Assembly (NCBI GenBank): GCA_963817335.1
Contig: CAWFNX010000001.1
Location: 1,100,820-1,164,819, forward strand
Origin: an uncultured Verrucomicrobiae bacterium
GTDB taxonomy: Bacteria > Verrucomicrobiota > Verrucomicrobiia > Chthoniobacterales > UBA10450
Direction: 5' to 3'
Length of the DNA stretch: 64,000 nt
Below, one piece after another: positions 1-9,315 of the stretch. Every line of letters begins with the position of its first letter. The stretch's first letter is position 1. A program made the translations under genes and the position numbers. Below the pieces are notes generated by a model, which had not been told where the DNA came from, made no database searches, and was given only the letters and a program-made list of their open reading frames with translations.

Positions 1-1
1 T

Positions 2-1021
2 CTGGTTTTCTTCTGCGCCATCACGGGCACGTGGGCGCAAACCCCTTCGCCAGTCAAGTCGACCGTTTATACGACCCACGATGCGAATGCGATCGTCAAC
101 TACAAAACAAATTCGCGCGTCGTCCACGCGATGGTCGACCGTCTGGTTTTAGCGGCAACGGGGCAGCCGGATTTGGCTGCGGCGTGGAATTCACTGATCT
201 CGCCTAACGACAAGGTTGGAATCAAAATCTCCGCGGCGGGAGGGGAACTGTTTACGACCCACCATGACATCGTCACCGCGATTGTGGATGGTTTGGTCGC
301 GGCCGGTCATCCGCGGGGAAGCATTATCGTTTGGGACCGTTCGCTGGAAGGAACGAAAGGGGCCGGTTACAAATCGGGTGGAGACGGCTTTCAACTCAAG
401 AGCATCGCGCCGCGTAGCGGTTACGATCCCAAAGCGACCTTTACTGCGGGGTTGCTCGGCAAACTTATTTGGGGCGACGTCGATTATATCAGCGACAAGG
501 GAAAGAGTGTGCCGCTGTCCGACACGGAAAATACCAGCAGCGTCAGCCATTTTTGTCGGATCCTTTCCACCGATGTGACCAAAGTCATCAACGTTCCGGT
601 GATGAGCAGCAGCACGACCAATGGCATCGCCGGTTGTCTTTACAACATGACAATCCCGAACATCGACAATTGGCGCAGGTTTGCCCAGGGAACGCCGTTC
701 GGCGCCGAAAGCATCGCCCTTATCTACGCGAACGAAACTATTTCGAAGAAAGTCGTGTTGAACATAATGGACGGCTTGCTCGCGCAATACGGCGGCGGCC
801 CGGCATCGCAGCCAAACTTCGCATTGCATTACGCGACGCTCTACGCGAGCAAAGATCCAGTGGCATTGGATGCCGTCGCCGTGAAGCAACTCGACACCTG
901 GCGGGCCAAGGAGAGTTTTCCGCCGATCGGTCGGCTCGCAAGTTATATTCCAACCGCAACCACGGTCGGCCTGGGCAATTCGGACTCGAGTCGGATTGAG
1001 GTGAAAAATGTCGGCCGCTGA
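2..1021 (+). CDS. DUF362-like protein, 5' end outside window
   Basis: The frame is open from base 2. Residues upstream of the listed Met131 (LVFFCAITGTWAQTPSP) look like the end of a signal peptide. VGIKISAAGGELFTTHHDIVTAIVDGL resembles the DUF362 family. Confidence 0.55.
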   Translation: MVFFCAITGTWAQTPSPVKSTVYTTHDANAIVNYKTNSRVVHAMVDRLVLAATGQPDLAAAWNSLISPNDKVGIKISAAGGELFTTHHDIVTAIVDGLVAAGHPRGSIIVWDRSLEGTKGAGYKSGGDGFQLKSIAPRSGYDPKATFTAGLLGKLIWGDVDYISDKGKSVPLSDTENTSSVSHFCRILSTDVTKVINVPVMSSSTTNGIAGCLYNMTIPNIDNWRRFAQGTPFGAESIALIYANETISKKVVLNIMDGLLAQYGGGPASQPNFALHYATLYASKDPVALDAVAVKQLDTWRAKESFPPIGRLASYIPTATTVGLGNSDSSRIEVKNVGR

Positions 1022-2045
1022 AACGTTGACTGACTTGTCGCCACGGGCCGTGTCGGTTTCAGCGTTGCGCGGACCGATCCTTCGCCGTGTTTCACGTTCG
1101 TTCTATCTATCGGTTCTTTTTTTGCCGAACAAACTGCGAAACCCGGTCGCGCTCGGCTACCTCTTGGCCCGCGCGTCGGACACGATCGCCGATACTGCAG
1201 AGTTGCCGATCGAGTTGCGTCTCGAAAAGTTGCAATTGCTCGCGCGTGGAATTCAAGGCGAAGCGCTCGGGAATGCAATCAACGATCTCATCGCGTCGGT
1301 GGCGCCGTTGCAGAAGAACGAATCCGAGCGGGCATTGCTTGAATCTCTATCGACGTGTTTGGATTGGCTCGATCGAACCGACGTTTTCGACCGCGAAGAA
1401 GTCCGGGCTGCTCTGGAGAAGATCAATCGCGGGCAGCTTCTCGATCTCGAGCGTTTTCGAGATCCAAAGCAACTCGTCGCGCTGGAAACCGCGGCCGATC
1501 TCGATGAATACACTTACCTGGTCGCCGGCAGCGCCGGAGAATTTTGGACGCGGCTTTGCTTCCATTACCTGCGAAAATTTTCCGCCCGAACTGAGAGCGA
1601 CATGCTCGAACTCGGGAAGCGCTACGGCCAGGGTTTGCAGTTGATCAATATCCTGCGCGACGCCGGTGAAGATCTTCGCGCGGGGCGATGTTATTTTCCG
1701 AACGAAGAACTCGCCACCGTCGCGATGGAGGCTTCGCAGATCGTGCGGGAACCGCAGCGTTTCCTCCCGGTCTATCGAAAATGGCGCGAGAAAGCGGAGC
1801 AGGGGATCAAGGCGGGATTTGATTATTCCAATTCGATTAAAAATCGCCGCGTTCGCATCGCCACCGTGCTGCCGGCGCTCATCGGCGCGCGCACACTGGT
1901 GCTGTTGAAGGACGCGGGTGCGACCATGCTTCACCGGCGCATCAAAGTTCCGCGAAAAGAAGTCCGCTCGATTATCAGATCGATAACCGCAAGCCTTGGC
2001 TCGCGGTCGCGAATCGAAACGCTGTTTCGAGAACTGTCCCGCTGA
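1008..2045 (+). CDS. Squalene/phytoene synthase family protein (HpnC/HpnD-like)
   Basis: Asp-rich motifs SDTIAD and DAGEDLRAGRCYFP, plus YTYLVAGSAGEFW. The start overlaps the upstream gene by 14 nt. Confidence 0.75.
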   Translation: MSAAETLTDLSPRAVSVSALRGPILRRVSRSFYLSVLFLPNKLRNPVALGYLLARASDTIADTAELPIELRLEKLQLLARGIQGEALGNAINDLIASVAPLQKNESERALLESLSTCLDWLDRTDVFDREEVRAALEKINRGQLLDLERFRDPKQLVALETAADLDEYTYLVAGSAGEFWTRLCFHYLRKFSARTESDMLELGKRYGQGLQLINILRDAGEDLRAGRCYFPNEELATVAMEASQIVREPQRFLPVYRKWREKAEQGIKAGFDYSNSIKNRRVRIATVLPALIGARTLVLLKDAGATMLHRRIKVPRKEVRSIIRSITASLGSRSRIETLFRELSR

Positions 2046-2053
2046 TCGACAGT

Positions 2054-2878
2054 TCAGAGAAAATAGTTTCGCTGCTTTTCGCTGATCGGTTTTTCAAGCC
2101 GCTCCAAGACCAGCATCATGTCTTCCCAGACTTTGCGTTTTTCTGACGGCGATTGGTTCCGCAAAAGATAGGCTGGGTGATACGTAACCATTAACGGCGT
2201 GCCGTTGAAGGAATCCCAGCGGCCGCGCAGTTCGCGCATCGGAGCACGGGTTCCGAGAAGTCCTTCGACCGCGACCGCCCCAAGCGCCACGATCACTTTC
2301 GGTTGAATGATTCCGATCTGTTCCATCAAATACGGCCGGCAGGTTTGCATTTCGGTCGGCGTTGGCGGGCGGTTGCCGTAAGAACTTCCGGGCGTATCCG
2401 GCCGGCATTTAAGAATGTTTGCGATATAAACTTCGCCCCGAGCAAATCCCATCGCCTTGATGATTTTCGTCAGCAGCTGACCGGCCCGGCCGACGAACGG
2501 TTCACCTTGTGCGTCTTCATCGGCCCCCGGCGCTTCGCCAACGAACATCAGGTCCGCGTCAGGATTGCCGACGCCAAAAACGGTCTGGGTGCGCGAATTC
2601 GCCAGGTTAGGACATTTAACGCAGGCGCAGACGCGTTCATTAACAGCCGCGAGTTTGTCGACCTTCTGATCTTTGGAGGGACACGCGCTGTCGTGTCCCA
2701 AGATCTTGGGCGCCGACAGCGCGGCGGCCTCCATGAGGTTCGGCGTCGAAGACGAAACGCGATTCAGGGCTTCGAGCGCGCGGCGGGACGCGCACGGGCG
2801 GTGCGGGGTTTCGTCGCGCATGCGCTCGAGAGTTTGTAAAACGGATTCGAGCGCCTGCGGAAATTGCATCTGCCGCAT
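2054..2878 (-). CDS. Uracil-DNA glycosylase, family 4
   Basis: [23 protein letters not shown] and HPAYLLR motifs, with Cys cluster [10 protein letters not shown] moved the start to Met34 (2878) because the first 33 codons of the listed ORF read through the palindromic repeat at 2917-2971. Confidence 0.8.
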   Translation of the reverse strand: MRQMQFPQALESVLQTLERMRDETPHRPCASRRALEALNRVSSSTPNLMEAAALSAPKILGHDSACPSKDQKVDKLAAVNERVCACVKCPNLANSRTQTVFGVGNPDADLMFVGEAPGADEDAQGEPFVGRAGQLLTKIIKAMGFARGEVYIANILKCRPDTPGSSYGNRPPTPTEMQTCRPYLMEQIGIIQPKVIVALGAVAVEGLLGTRAPMRELRGRWDSFNGTPLMVTYHPAYLLRNQSPSEKRKVWEDMMLVLERLEKPISEKQRNYFL

Positions 2879-2916
2879 ATTGTAAAGTTTTGCGCAGATC
2901 GGCAAATGATTTGAAT

Positions 2917-2971
2917 GGTAGGGGCGATTGACCCCAATCGCCCGCGGGCGGTTCGGGGAACCGCCCCTACC
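2917..2971. repeat. GTAG...CTAC double-hairpin element (REP-like, family 2 variant)
   Basis: ggtagggg + hairpin ggcgattg/caatcgcc + hairpin gggcggttc/gaaccgccc + cccctacc. It lies in the divergent spacer between the UDG gene and queA. Confidence 0.8.
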
Positions 2972-2975
2972 TGAC

Positions 2976-4052
2976 ATGAGCTTGAAGCTGAGCGACTACG
3001 AATATCCGCTTCCGGAGTCACTCATCGCGACGCGGCCGCTGCCCCGTCGTGATGAATCCCGGATGATGGTGCTTCATCGCGATTCCCAAACGATTGAGCA
3101 TCGACAGTTTGGCGACCTCAAGGCTTTTCTGCGGCCGGGCGAACTGGTGGTCCTGAATAACACCCGCGTCCTCGCCGCGCGCCGATTTTCCGACGATCAC
3201 GCGATCGAGTTTTTATTTCTGGAGAAGCTCGGGGAAGCGCGGTGGAAATGCTGGGTAAAACCGGGCCGGAAGATGCGGGTCGGCTCCGCCGCGAAGATCG
3301 ATAATGCTCAACTGCGGGTTGAAGAAATTTTGCCCGACGGCGAACGAATCGTTGCGTTGGGTGAAGACATCGACATTTACGCGCACGGTTCGATGCCGAT
3401 TCCGCCGTATATCCGACGGGAAAGCGATGTCGCCGACGCGGAGCGTTATCAGACCGTGTTTGCCCAAACGCCGGGCGCACTGGCCGCCCCGACCGCTGGT
3501 CTTCATTTCACGTCACAACTCCTAAACGAAGTTCCACACACGTTTGTTACCCTCCACGTCGGTCCCGGAACTTTTAAGCCGGTGCAGGCAGAAAATATCA
3601 CGGAGCATCGGATGCACGCCGAATCGTTTTCAATCTCGGAGGAGGCGGCGCAGAAAATCAATCAGTCCAAACACATTCTCGCCGTCGGAACAACCTCCGT
3701 CCGAGTTTTGGAAACTGCCGTCCAAAAATCTCGAATGCAAAATGCATTCAAGTTAGAACGAACGCGAAATCTTACAGGAGCGTGCTCCCAAACTCGAATG
3801 CAACATGCATTCAAGTTGCCAGAGCGGATGGAGATTGTTGCGCAAGAAGGTGAAACGGACCTTTTCATCTATCCGCGGTTTGAGTTTCAGGTTGTGGACG
3901 GGATGTTGACGAATTTCCATCTGCCGCGTTCGACGTTGCTCATGTTGGTCAGCGCATTCGCCGGGCGGGAGTTTGTGTTGCGCGCCTATGCCGAAGCCGT
4001 CCGGGAGCGGTACCGATTCTATAGTTACGGCGATTGCATGCTGATCCTGTAA
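2976..4052 (+). CDS. queA: S-adenosylmethionine:tRNA ribosyltransferase-isomerase
   Basis: MSLKLSDYEYPLPESLIATRP, AVGTTSVRVLE, TNFHLPRSTLLMLVSAFAG, RFYSYGDCMLI. I took the start at ATG 2976 because the listed upstream extension is encoded by the repeat. Confidence 0.9.
   Translation: MSLKLSDYEYPLPESLIATRPLPRRDESRMMVLHRDSQTIEHRQFGDLKAFLRPGELVVLNNTRVLAARRFSDDHAIEFLFLEKLGEARWKCWVKPGRKMRVGSAAKIDNAQLRVEEILPDGERIVALGEDIDIYAHGSMPIPPYIRRESDVADAERYQTVFAQTPGALAAPTAGLHFTSQLLNEVPHTFVTLHVGPGTFKPVQAENITEHRMHAESFSISEEAAQKINQSKHILAVGTTSVRVLETAVQKSRMQNAFKLERTRNLTGACSQTRMQHAFKLPERMEIVAQEGETDLFIYPRFEFQVVDGMLTNFHLPRSTLLMLVSAFAGREFVLRAYAEAVRERYRFYSYGDCMLIL
3730..3817 (+). repeat. Two copies of a 25-bp palindrome-containing repeat, 63 bp apart, inside queA
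   Basis: ctcgaatgcaaaatgcattcaagtt (3730-3754) and ctcgaatgcaacatgcattcaagtt (3793-3817) differ by 1 mismatch. Each holds a 7-bp stem gaatgca/tgcattc. In frame they encode SRMQNAFKL and TRMQHAFKL. Confidence 0.9.
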
Positions 4053-4059
4053 AGACAAA

Positions 4060-4134
4060 CCACGAATTGACACGAATCGACACAAATGGAGTATCGGCAA
4101 ATCCGTATTTGTGTTTATTCGTGTCCATTAGTGG
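4060..4134. repeat. Imperfect 28-bp inverted repeat (long hairpin), queA-thioesterase spacer
   Basis: Arms 4060-4087 and 4107-4134 pair at 24 of 28 positions with a 19-nt loop. They are built from acacgaat/attcgtgt-type k-mers. Confidence 0.75.
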
Positions 4135-4138
4135 TTAA

Positions 4139-4528
4139 ATGAACTCTATCGATCAACCGAAGGGCGAACTCGTAATTCAAACCATCGCGATGCCGAAGGA
4201 TACAAATCGCGACGGCGACATTTTTGGCGGGTGGCTGGTGTCCCAAATGGATTTGGGCAGCGCGATTCTCGCCGGAAAGATAGCAAAGAGCCGGGTGGTG
4301 ACGGTCGCAATCGACGGAATGGCGTTTCTTAATCCGGTGCGGGTTGGCGATACGGTCGCGTGTTACGCATGGTTGGAGAAAATCGGTCGGACCTCGATGA
4401 AAATCTGTGTCGACGTGTGGGTGACGCGTTATCGCACTGGCGATAGCGTGAAGGTCACCAGCGGCGTGTTCACTTACGTTGCGCTAGGGCCGGACGGGAA
4501 ACCCACGTCGGTGGTCCGCGAAGGCTGA
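4139..4528 (+). CDS. Acyl-CoA thioesterase (hotdog fold, YciA-like)
   Basis: MPKDTNRDGDIFGGWLVSQMDLGSAILA is typical of YciA-type thioesterases. Confidence 0.75.
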   Translation: MNSIDQPKGELVIQTIAMPKDTNRDGDIFGGWLVSQMDLGSAILAGKIAKSRVVTVAIDGMAFLNPVRVGDTVACYAWLEKIGRTSMKICVDVWVTRYRTGDSVKVTSGVFTYVALGPDGKPTSVVREG

Positions 4529-4535
4529 GGAGAAA

Positions 4536-5624
4536 TCAGGCCGACGTTCCGTTCGACGCAGAAGCGGAAAGCAGATCGAAGTGTTGCGACAGCACCAGTT
4601 CGTCAATGACGCGGTACAATTTCAGTTCGCAAACTGAGCAACTACGAAACAATTCCGAAAGGGCGAGTGGTTTGCTGTAAACGATTTGCCAAACCTCTTC
4701 GGCCAGGGGACGCAGCTCCTCGGGCGCTTTCTCCGGCCACGAGATGTTGAGTTGACGCCGGTGCACGATTGCGTTCGGATCGGGCAGGCGACTTTTCACG
4801 TCAGCGAATTCATCCCGGAATTGCAAGGCTTGGATCAGCAACCCCTGTCCGTTCCGATTAATGGGCTCCCCTTCAATCTGGTCGCTCGATGGATGCTCGC
4901 CCGAAGAGAAAGAAAATGTGCCTGACAACTTCGCGTTCAGAAGCAGCTGCCAAAAAGCTTCCTCACCCTCGAGGTGTTCAAATTGACAGTGGCGTGGTTG
5001 GCCATTCTCAAAAGAGCAAGTCGAGATGGGTTCGTTTTTCTCGTTCAAAATTTCCAGCTGGCCGGTTTGAAACGAGTTCAGGATCGTTTGATAGATTGTG
5101 ACGAGGTCGAAGTTGGAAAGGCTGCCGCTGAGTTCCATGCAATGACTTTGAGCAAGGGCAACATCGCTGGCCCGCCACAGTCGAAGCGCTAGCTGCTTGC
5201 TGAGGTAGAGAAAGAACGAGGGAACCTTGTCGATCAGTTGCGGAAAATCCCTGCGCCGAAAGCACTGGAAACTTGCCGCTTCACGGGTTCGAACGAGGTG
5301 CCTGCGCGGAAGCCCGCTTAGCGCTTCGACGTCGCCGAAAACATCTCCCCGTGACAGGTAGGTGTAGGTCGAATTTTCGCCAGGGTTAAACTCCCCAACT
5401 TCCACCACGCCGCGGTTAATAATATAAAGCGAGTCGGCTGGATCGCCTGGTGAATAGACAGTTTCCCCTTGTTCGAGGTGCCGGACCTCCGAAAGCGCGC
5501 CCAGAGCCTTTCGCTCCAACGGCTTTAACGCCGTGCAAAAGCCAAAGAAGTCTCTGCCACGCTCCATGTTCGGTTCAAAAGCAAGCCTCGTGCGAGCGAC
5601 GTCCAAGGCATTGCCAATGAGCAA
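4536..5624 (-). CDS. Cyclic nucleotide-binding domain protein with DUF4388-like domain
   Basis: cNMP-binding signature LEQGETVYSPGDPADSLYIINRGVVEV...FGDVEAL, followed by a GSLSNFDLVTIYQTILNSFQTGQLEI segment (DUF4388/PatA-N-like). An alternative start is Met20. Confidence 0.65.
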   Translation of the reverse strand: MLIGNALDVARTRLAFEPNMERGRDFFGFCTALKPLERKALGALSEVRHLEQGETVYSPGDPADSLYIINRGVVEVGEFNPGENSTYTYLSRGDVFGDVEALSGLPRRHLVRTREAASFQCFRRRDFPQLIDKVPSFFLYLSKQLALRLWRASDVALAQSHCMELSGSLSNFDLVTIYQTILNSFQTGQLEILNEKNEPISTCSFENGQPRHCQFEHLEGEEAFWQLLLNAKLSGTFSFSSGEHPSSDQIEGEPINRNGQGLLIQALQFRDEFADVKSRLPDPNAIVHRRQLNISWPEKAPEELRPLAEEVWQIVYSKPLALSELFRSCSVCELKLYRVIDELVLSQHFDLLSASASNGTSA

Positions 5625-5635
5625 TTTCGAGCCCG

Positions 5636-6028
5636 TTATGGCCGCGACGGTTGCTGCGAATCTTGCGTCGCGATGGGGTCGGAAGCGGAAACCGTGATTG
5701 GATTGACCGTCGGTTCTTTGAACGGGACCGCCGGCTCCGGTTGAGTAACCGGCTCAAAAACTGATGGATAATTGGAATTGGACGAAACGTCTTCCACGCT
5801 GGTCGTCAATTGCGGCGGGCCCGGCTCCGTGTGTTTCAGTTTTTGCTTCAACTCGCGATTGGCTGCTTTTTGAGCGCGCGCCATTTGTTTCTGACGCTGT
5901 TTCATTTGGTGCTGCACGTAATGGCGATAAGCCCGTTCGCGGCGGCTTTGCGCGTCCATCGAAACGCAGCCGTTTGAACCGAAACAGCAGACAACAAGCA
6001 GACAAAGGGTCGAGATTCTCTTGTGCAC
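5636..6028 (-). CDS. Hypothetical lipoprotein
   Basis: Lipobox-like N-terminus MHKRISTLCLLVVCCFGSNGC, then a basic/proline-rich mature part. I recognised no family. Confidence 0.5.
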   Translation of the reverse strand: MHKRISTLCLLVVCCFGSNGCVSMDAQSRRERAYRHYVQHQMKQRQKQMARAQKAANRELKQKLKHTEPGPPQLTTSVEDVSSNSNYPSVFEPVTQPEPAVPFKEPTVNPITVSASDPIATQDSQQPSRP

Positions 6029-6066
6029 GCCTTCTTAAGAGCACAAGCCATGCGAGGTCGGAGCTT

Positions 6067-6136
6067 TGTAGCGGCGCTCTATGAGCGCCGAAATCCATTT
6101 TGCTTCGCAGATCGGCGGTCGCAGACCGCCGCTACA
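6067..6136. repeat. GTAG...CTAC double-hairpin element (family 3)
   Basis: tgtagcgg + hairpin ggcgctc-tat-gagcgcc + 24-nt linker + hairpin ggcggtc-gca-gaccgcc + gctaca. It overlaps the opcA stop codon. Confidence 0.8.
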
Positions 6137-7220
6137 GCAGCTGGCGCGCTGAACTGACCGCGCGCAGATAAACTCGGTGCGGCCCGCCGCGCAAAAGTTC
6201 CTGGGTCATTAAATCCACCGGATCATTACTTTGGGCCGGCATCATTTGCGGCAGGGCGGCTTCCTTTTCGCCGCTGCGGGAAACTTCCAAAAGATCGCCA
6301 CACTTCGCCGGCACGACGCAAAACTTCACCCTCTCCGAATTCAGAACAACTTCCCCAATCGGGCTTCCCTCTTTTTGATGCAGCTCGATGTCGATCTTGC
6401 GATTGTTCGAGTCCACGAATCGGCAGCTCCCGTTCATCTGCTGCTGGTTCGTTTTCCATTTTAACTGCGAGGCCAGCCAGCCGATTAACAGAATGGCGGT
6501 CGATTTGTACCCCGGCGCGAAATCCACGGTCACCTTTTCCATTTCCGCGAAGTGATGATGCGAAGCTGGATGATCAAAGAACTGGGCCAGCGCGTAACGA
6601 ACTTTGTCCAGCCGCGTCCAATTCAGATCGCAAAGGACAATCCGCTGCTTGGCTTCGCGTTCCGCGGTCTCGACCAATCGCATTTGCTTGTCGAAGTCTT
6701 TCCAGGTTTGGCTGTCGAAAAGCAACCGGTCGACCCACGCCCAAAGCTGCGGGTCCATATCATTCGGGAAATCGTCCTGCCACCAAAGGTAAAGCGGAAG
6801 ATCGGAATCGAGATGGGAAAAGACGATGCTTGGCAACCATTTGACGCACGGGCCCTGCAACAAAAACGAAATCTGTTCGGAACAAATTTCCTTCCCTCCG
6901 GCGCGACCGACGTGGCAATGGGCGTTCACCCACGCCTCGATGCGATCTTCTTTGGATTCGCGAGTGGCACCGATGACCAGAGCTCGGCAGGAATGGTTTT
7001 CGGTAATTTTCGCGATTAGTTGGGTGTTTTTTTCGAGAGAGCCCGGCTTCTCGCTGTAAACCGCGAGATTAATCAGCGACGCGCGGGTCATCGCGCTTTC
7101 CCCTTCCTGCCAAAGTTTCTTCAATTCGGTGCCGATATCGCTGATCGGAACCGGCTGGCCTAACGAATGCGTTTCGGAAATCTCCGGCATAGATTCAAAG
7201 TCTTCGCCAAGCCCGACCAT
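6132..7220 (-). CDS. opcA: Glucose-6-phosphate dehydrogenase assembly protein OpcA
   Basis: PISDIGTELKKLWQEGESAMTRASLINLAVY is typical of OpcA, and the gene lies directly downstream of zwf. The start is uncertain: Met at 7220 or 7190. The listed start at 7385 lies deep inside zwf. Confidence 0.8.
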   Translation of the reverse strand: MVGLGEDFESMPEISETHSLGQPVPISDIGTELKKLWQEGESAMTRASLINLAVYSEKPGSLEKNTQLIAKITENHSCRALVIGATRESKEDRIEAWVNAHCHVGRAGGKEICSEQISFLLQGPCVKWLPSIVFSHLDSDLPLYLWWQDDFPNDMDPQLWAWVDRLLFDSQTWKDFDKQMRLVETAEREAKQRIVLCDLNWTRLDKVRYALAQFFDHPASHHHFAEMEKVTVDFAPGYKSTAILLIGWLASQLKWKTNQQQMNGSCRFVDSNNRKIDIELHQKEGSPIGEVVLNSERVKFCVVPAKCGDLLEVSRSGEKEAALPQMMPAQSNDPVDLMTQELLRGGPHRVYLRAVSSARQLL

Positions 7221-8736
7221 CGCGGGCCAGAAGTTCGTCGGCTTGTTCCGGTCCCCAGGAACCGGCGGGATAAAAATACAATTCCGGCGTGTTCTTCTTT
7301 GCCGCCCACGCATTTTCGATGACGTCGATGAACGCCCACGCTTCCTCGACTTCGTCCCGACGGGCGAACAAGGTGGCATCGCCACTCATCGCATCGAGCA
7401 ACAGTCGCTCGTAAGCTTCAGGGCTGGCCTTGCCGAAAGTGGTGCCGTAATGAAAATCCATTTTCACCGGCTCGATCCGGAAACTTGTGCCCGGAATCTT
7501 CGCCTGCATCCGCAATGAAATTCCTTCATCGGGCTGAATTCGAATGACCAGAACGTTCGCTTCATTGGTCTCCTTGTTAAACAAGACCATCGGCGCTTTT
7601 TTAAAGTGGACTGAGATTTCGGTGGCGGATTTTGGTAATCGTTTTCCGACTCGCATATAAATCGGCACGTCCCACCAACGCCAGTTGTCGATGTTCAACC
7701 GCAGGGCGACGAAAGTGTCGACGGTAGAGTTTGGGTCGACTCTCTCTTCTTTGCGGTAAGCCGGGACCGGTTTGCCATTAATGGCACCTTCAGCGTACTG
7801 CGCGCGCACCACGTCTTTGGTGACTTCATCCGCAGTCATTCGTCGCAAACATCGGACGACTTTCACCTTTTCATCGCGAATGCTGTCGGCGCCCAAATCG
7901 CTTGGCGCTTCCATGGCGACAAGGCAAAGCAGCTGGAGCAAATGGTTTTGGACCATGTCGCGCAGCGCGCCGGCGGTTTCATAATAACCGCCTCGTCCTT
8001 CCACCCCGAGGGTTTCGGATGCGGTAATCTGGACGTGATCGATGTAACGCGTGTTCCAAAGCGGCTCGAAAATCGCGTTGGCGAACCGCAACACCAAAAT
8101 GTTCTGGGCGGTTTCTTTTCCAAGGAAATGATCGATCCGGTAGGTTTGCTCTTCGCTGAAAGAATTGCTGATTACGCGATTTAGTTCCCGCGCCGAATCC
8201 AGGTCCGTGCCGAACGGTTTTTCTACGATCACGCGGGCCCAGCTTCCCTCGGGCGCTTGGTTCAGCCCGACACTCTTGAGGTGCTTGAGGATCGGCTCGA
8301 ATTGATCCGGGCCGACCGCAAAATAGAAGAGACGGTTGCCGCGGGTGCCATGCTCTTGGTCAATTTTCTCAAGCCGCTCGGCCAAAGTTTTGAATCCGGA
8401 CTCATCCGCGAAATCGCTTTGATGATAAAAAAGTGATTGAGCAAAGTTGTTCCAGATCTCGTCTCGAACGGCCTGCCGCGAAAATTCTTTGACCGACTGT
8501 TCCATTTCCTTGCGGAATTCGTCGTCGTTTTTCGGACGGCGGGCGAAACCGATCACGGTCACAGCAGGCGGCAGCTCGCCATCGGCGGCGAGATTGTAGA
8601 GGGCGGGAAGAAGTTTTCGGTGAGTCAGATCACCGGTTGCGCCAAAAATCACAATGCTGCATGGCTGCGGCACGGCGCGAGTAGACAAACCTTCACGCAA
8701 TGGGTTGATCTGAGATTGGTCAGCCGCTCGATTCAT
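7195..8736 (-). CDS. zwf: Glucose-6-phosphate 1-dehydrogenase
   Basis: IFGATGDLTHRKLLPALYNL, RIDHFLGKE, and a full-length 513 aa. Confidence 0.95.
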   Translation of the reverse strand: MNRAADQSQINPLREGLSTRAVPQPCSIVIFGATGDLTHRKLLPALYNLAADGELPPAVTVIGFARRPKNDDEFRKEMEQSVKEFSRQAVRDEIWNNFAQSLFYHQSDFADESGFKTLAERLEKIDQEHGTRGNRLFYFAVGPDQFEPILKHLKSVGLNQAPEGSWARVIVEKPFGTDLDSARELNRVISNSFSEEQTYRIDHFLGKETAQNILVLRFANAIFEPLWNTRYIDHVQITASETLGVEGRGGYYETAGALRDMVQNHLLQLLCLVAMEAPSDLGADSIRDEKVKVVRCLRRMTADEVTKDVVRAQYAEGAINGKPVPAYRKEERVDPNSTVDTFVALRLNIDNWRWWDVPIYMRVGKRLPKSATEISVHFKKAPMVLFNKETNEANVLVIRIQPDEGISLRMQAKIPGTSFRIEPVKMDFHYGTTFGKASPEAYERLLLDAMSGDATLFARRDEVEEAWAFIDVIENAWAAKKNTPELYFYPAGSWGPEQADELLARDGRAWRRL

Positions 8737-8751
8737 GCGTTCGGGGAAAAC

Positions 8752-8814
8752 TGTAGCGTGCTCTATGAGCGCCGAAACTAAATAATGTGGGCGGCGTCCG
8801 GCTTCGCCCGCTAC
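8752..8814. repeat. Degenerate GTAG...CTAC element (family 3)
   Basis: tgtagcgtgctctatgagcgccgaaa ... gggcggcgtccggcttcgcccgctac. The left hairpin is nearly identical to that at 6067. Confidence 0.6.
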
Positions 8815-8835
8815 GGCGTGACAAGAAGAACGCCG

Positions 8836-9309
8836 CTAGTTAATTGGTCGCTCCATAATCGTCACTTGCTGATCTTTCCAGAGCGGTCGGTTAAAAGTGC
8901 GTTCGACGATACTCCATCCCAGTCGGCGGTACAAAGTGCCGGGACCGGGCGTATAAAGATAAATGCGCGGAATGCGCAGCATTTGCGCTTCCTCAAGCAC
9001 CCGCATGATGAGCGCGGTGCCAATTTCTCGGCCGCGGTACGCCGGTGGAACAAACACACCAGCAAGCCATGGTGACAATTCACGTTTGGTTTCCATGTCA
9101 TTTTCGATAAGGCTCGCGCAACCGACTACATCATTGCTCTCGGTCGCGACAAACGAAGTGGGAATCTCGCAATGTCCGCAATTTCTCTCGATGCGCGCTG
9201 CTCGAGTTTCAATGGTATCGCCGGAACGAAGATGACCCCACTCGTCGTGCAGCCATTTGGCGACAACCGGAACGAACTCTCGCCGATCAGCCAAGTACTC
9301 GATCGTCAC
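8836..9309 (-). CDS. GNAT family N-acetyltransferase
   Basis: Motif A-like VFVPPAYRGREIGTALIMRVLEEA; 157 aa. Confidence 0.75.
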   Translation of the reverse strand: MTIEYLADRREFVPVVAKWLHDEWGHLRSGDTIETRAARIERNCGHCEIPTSFVATESNDVVGCASLIENDMETKRELSPWLAGVFVPPAYRGREIGTALIMRVLEEAQMLRIPRIYLYTPGPGTLYRRLGWSIVERTFNRPLWKDQQVTIMERPIN

Positions 9310-9315
9310 AGCCGT

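Noticed and set aside
191-889. 232-aa minus-strand ORF and several overlapping plus-strand ORFs in the first kilobase
   Set aside because: They overlap the DUF362-like gene in other frames or on the other strand, have Arg-rich compositions and show no motifs.
2879-2977. Listed N-terminal extensions of the UDG ORF (to 2977) and the queA ORF (from 2928)
   Set aside because: Both extensions are translations of the two strands of the palindromic element at 2917-2971. Conserved family sequence begins at the internal Met codons.
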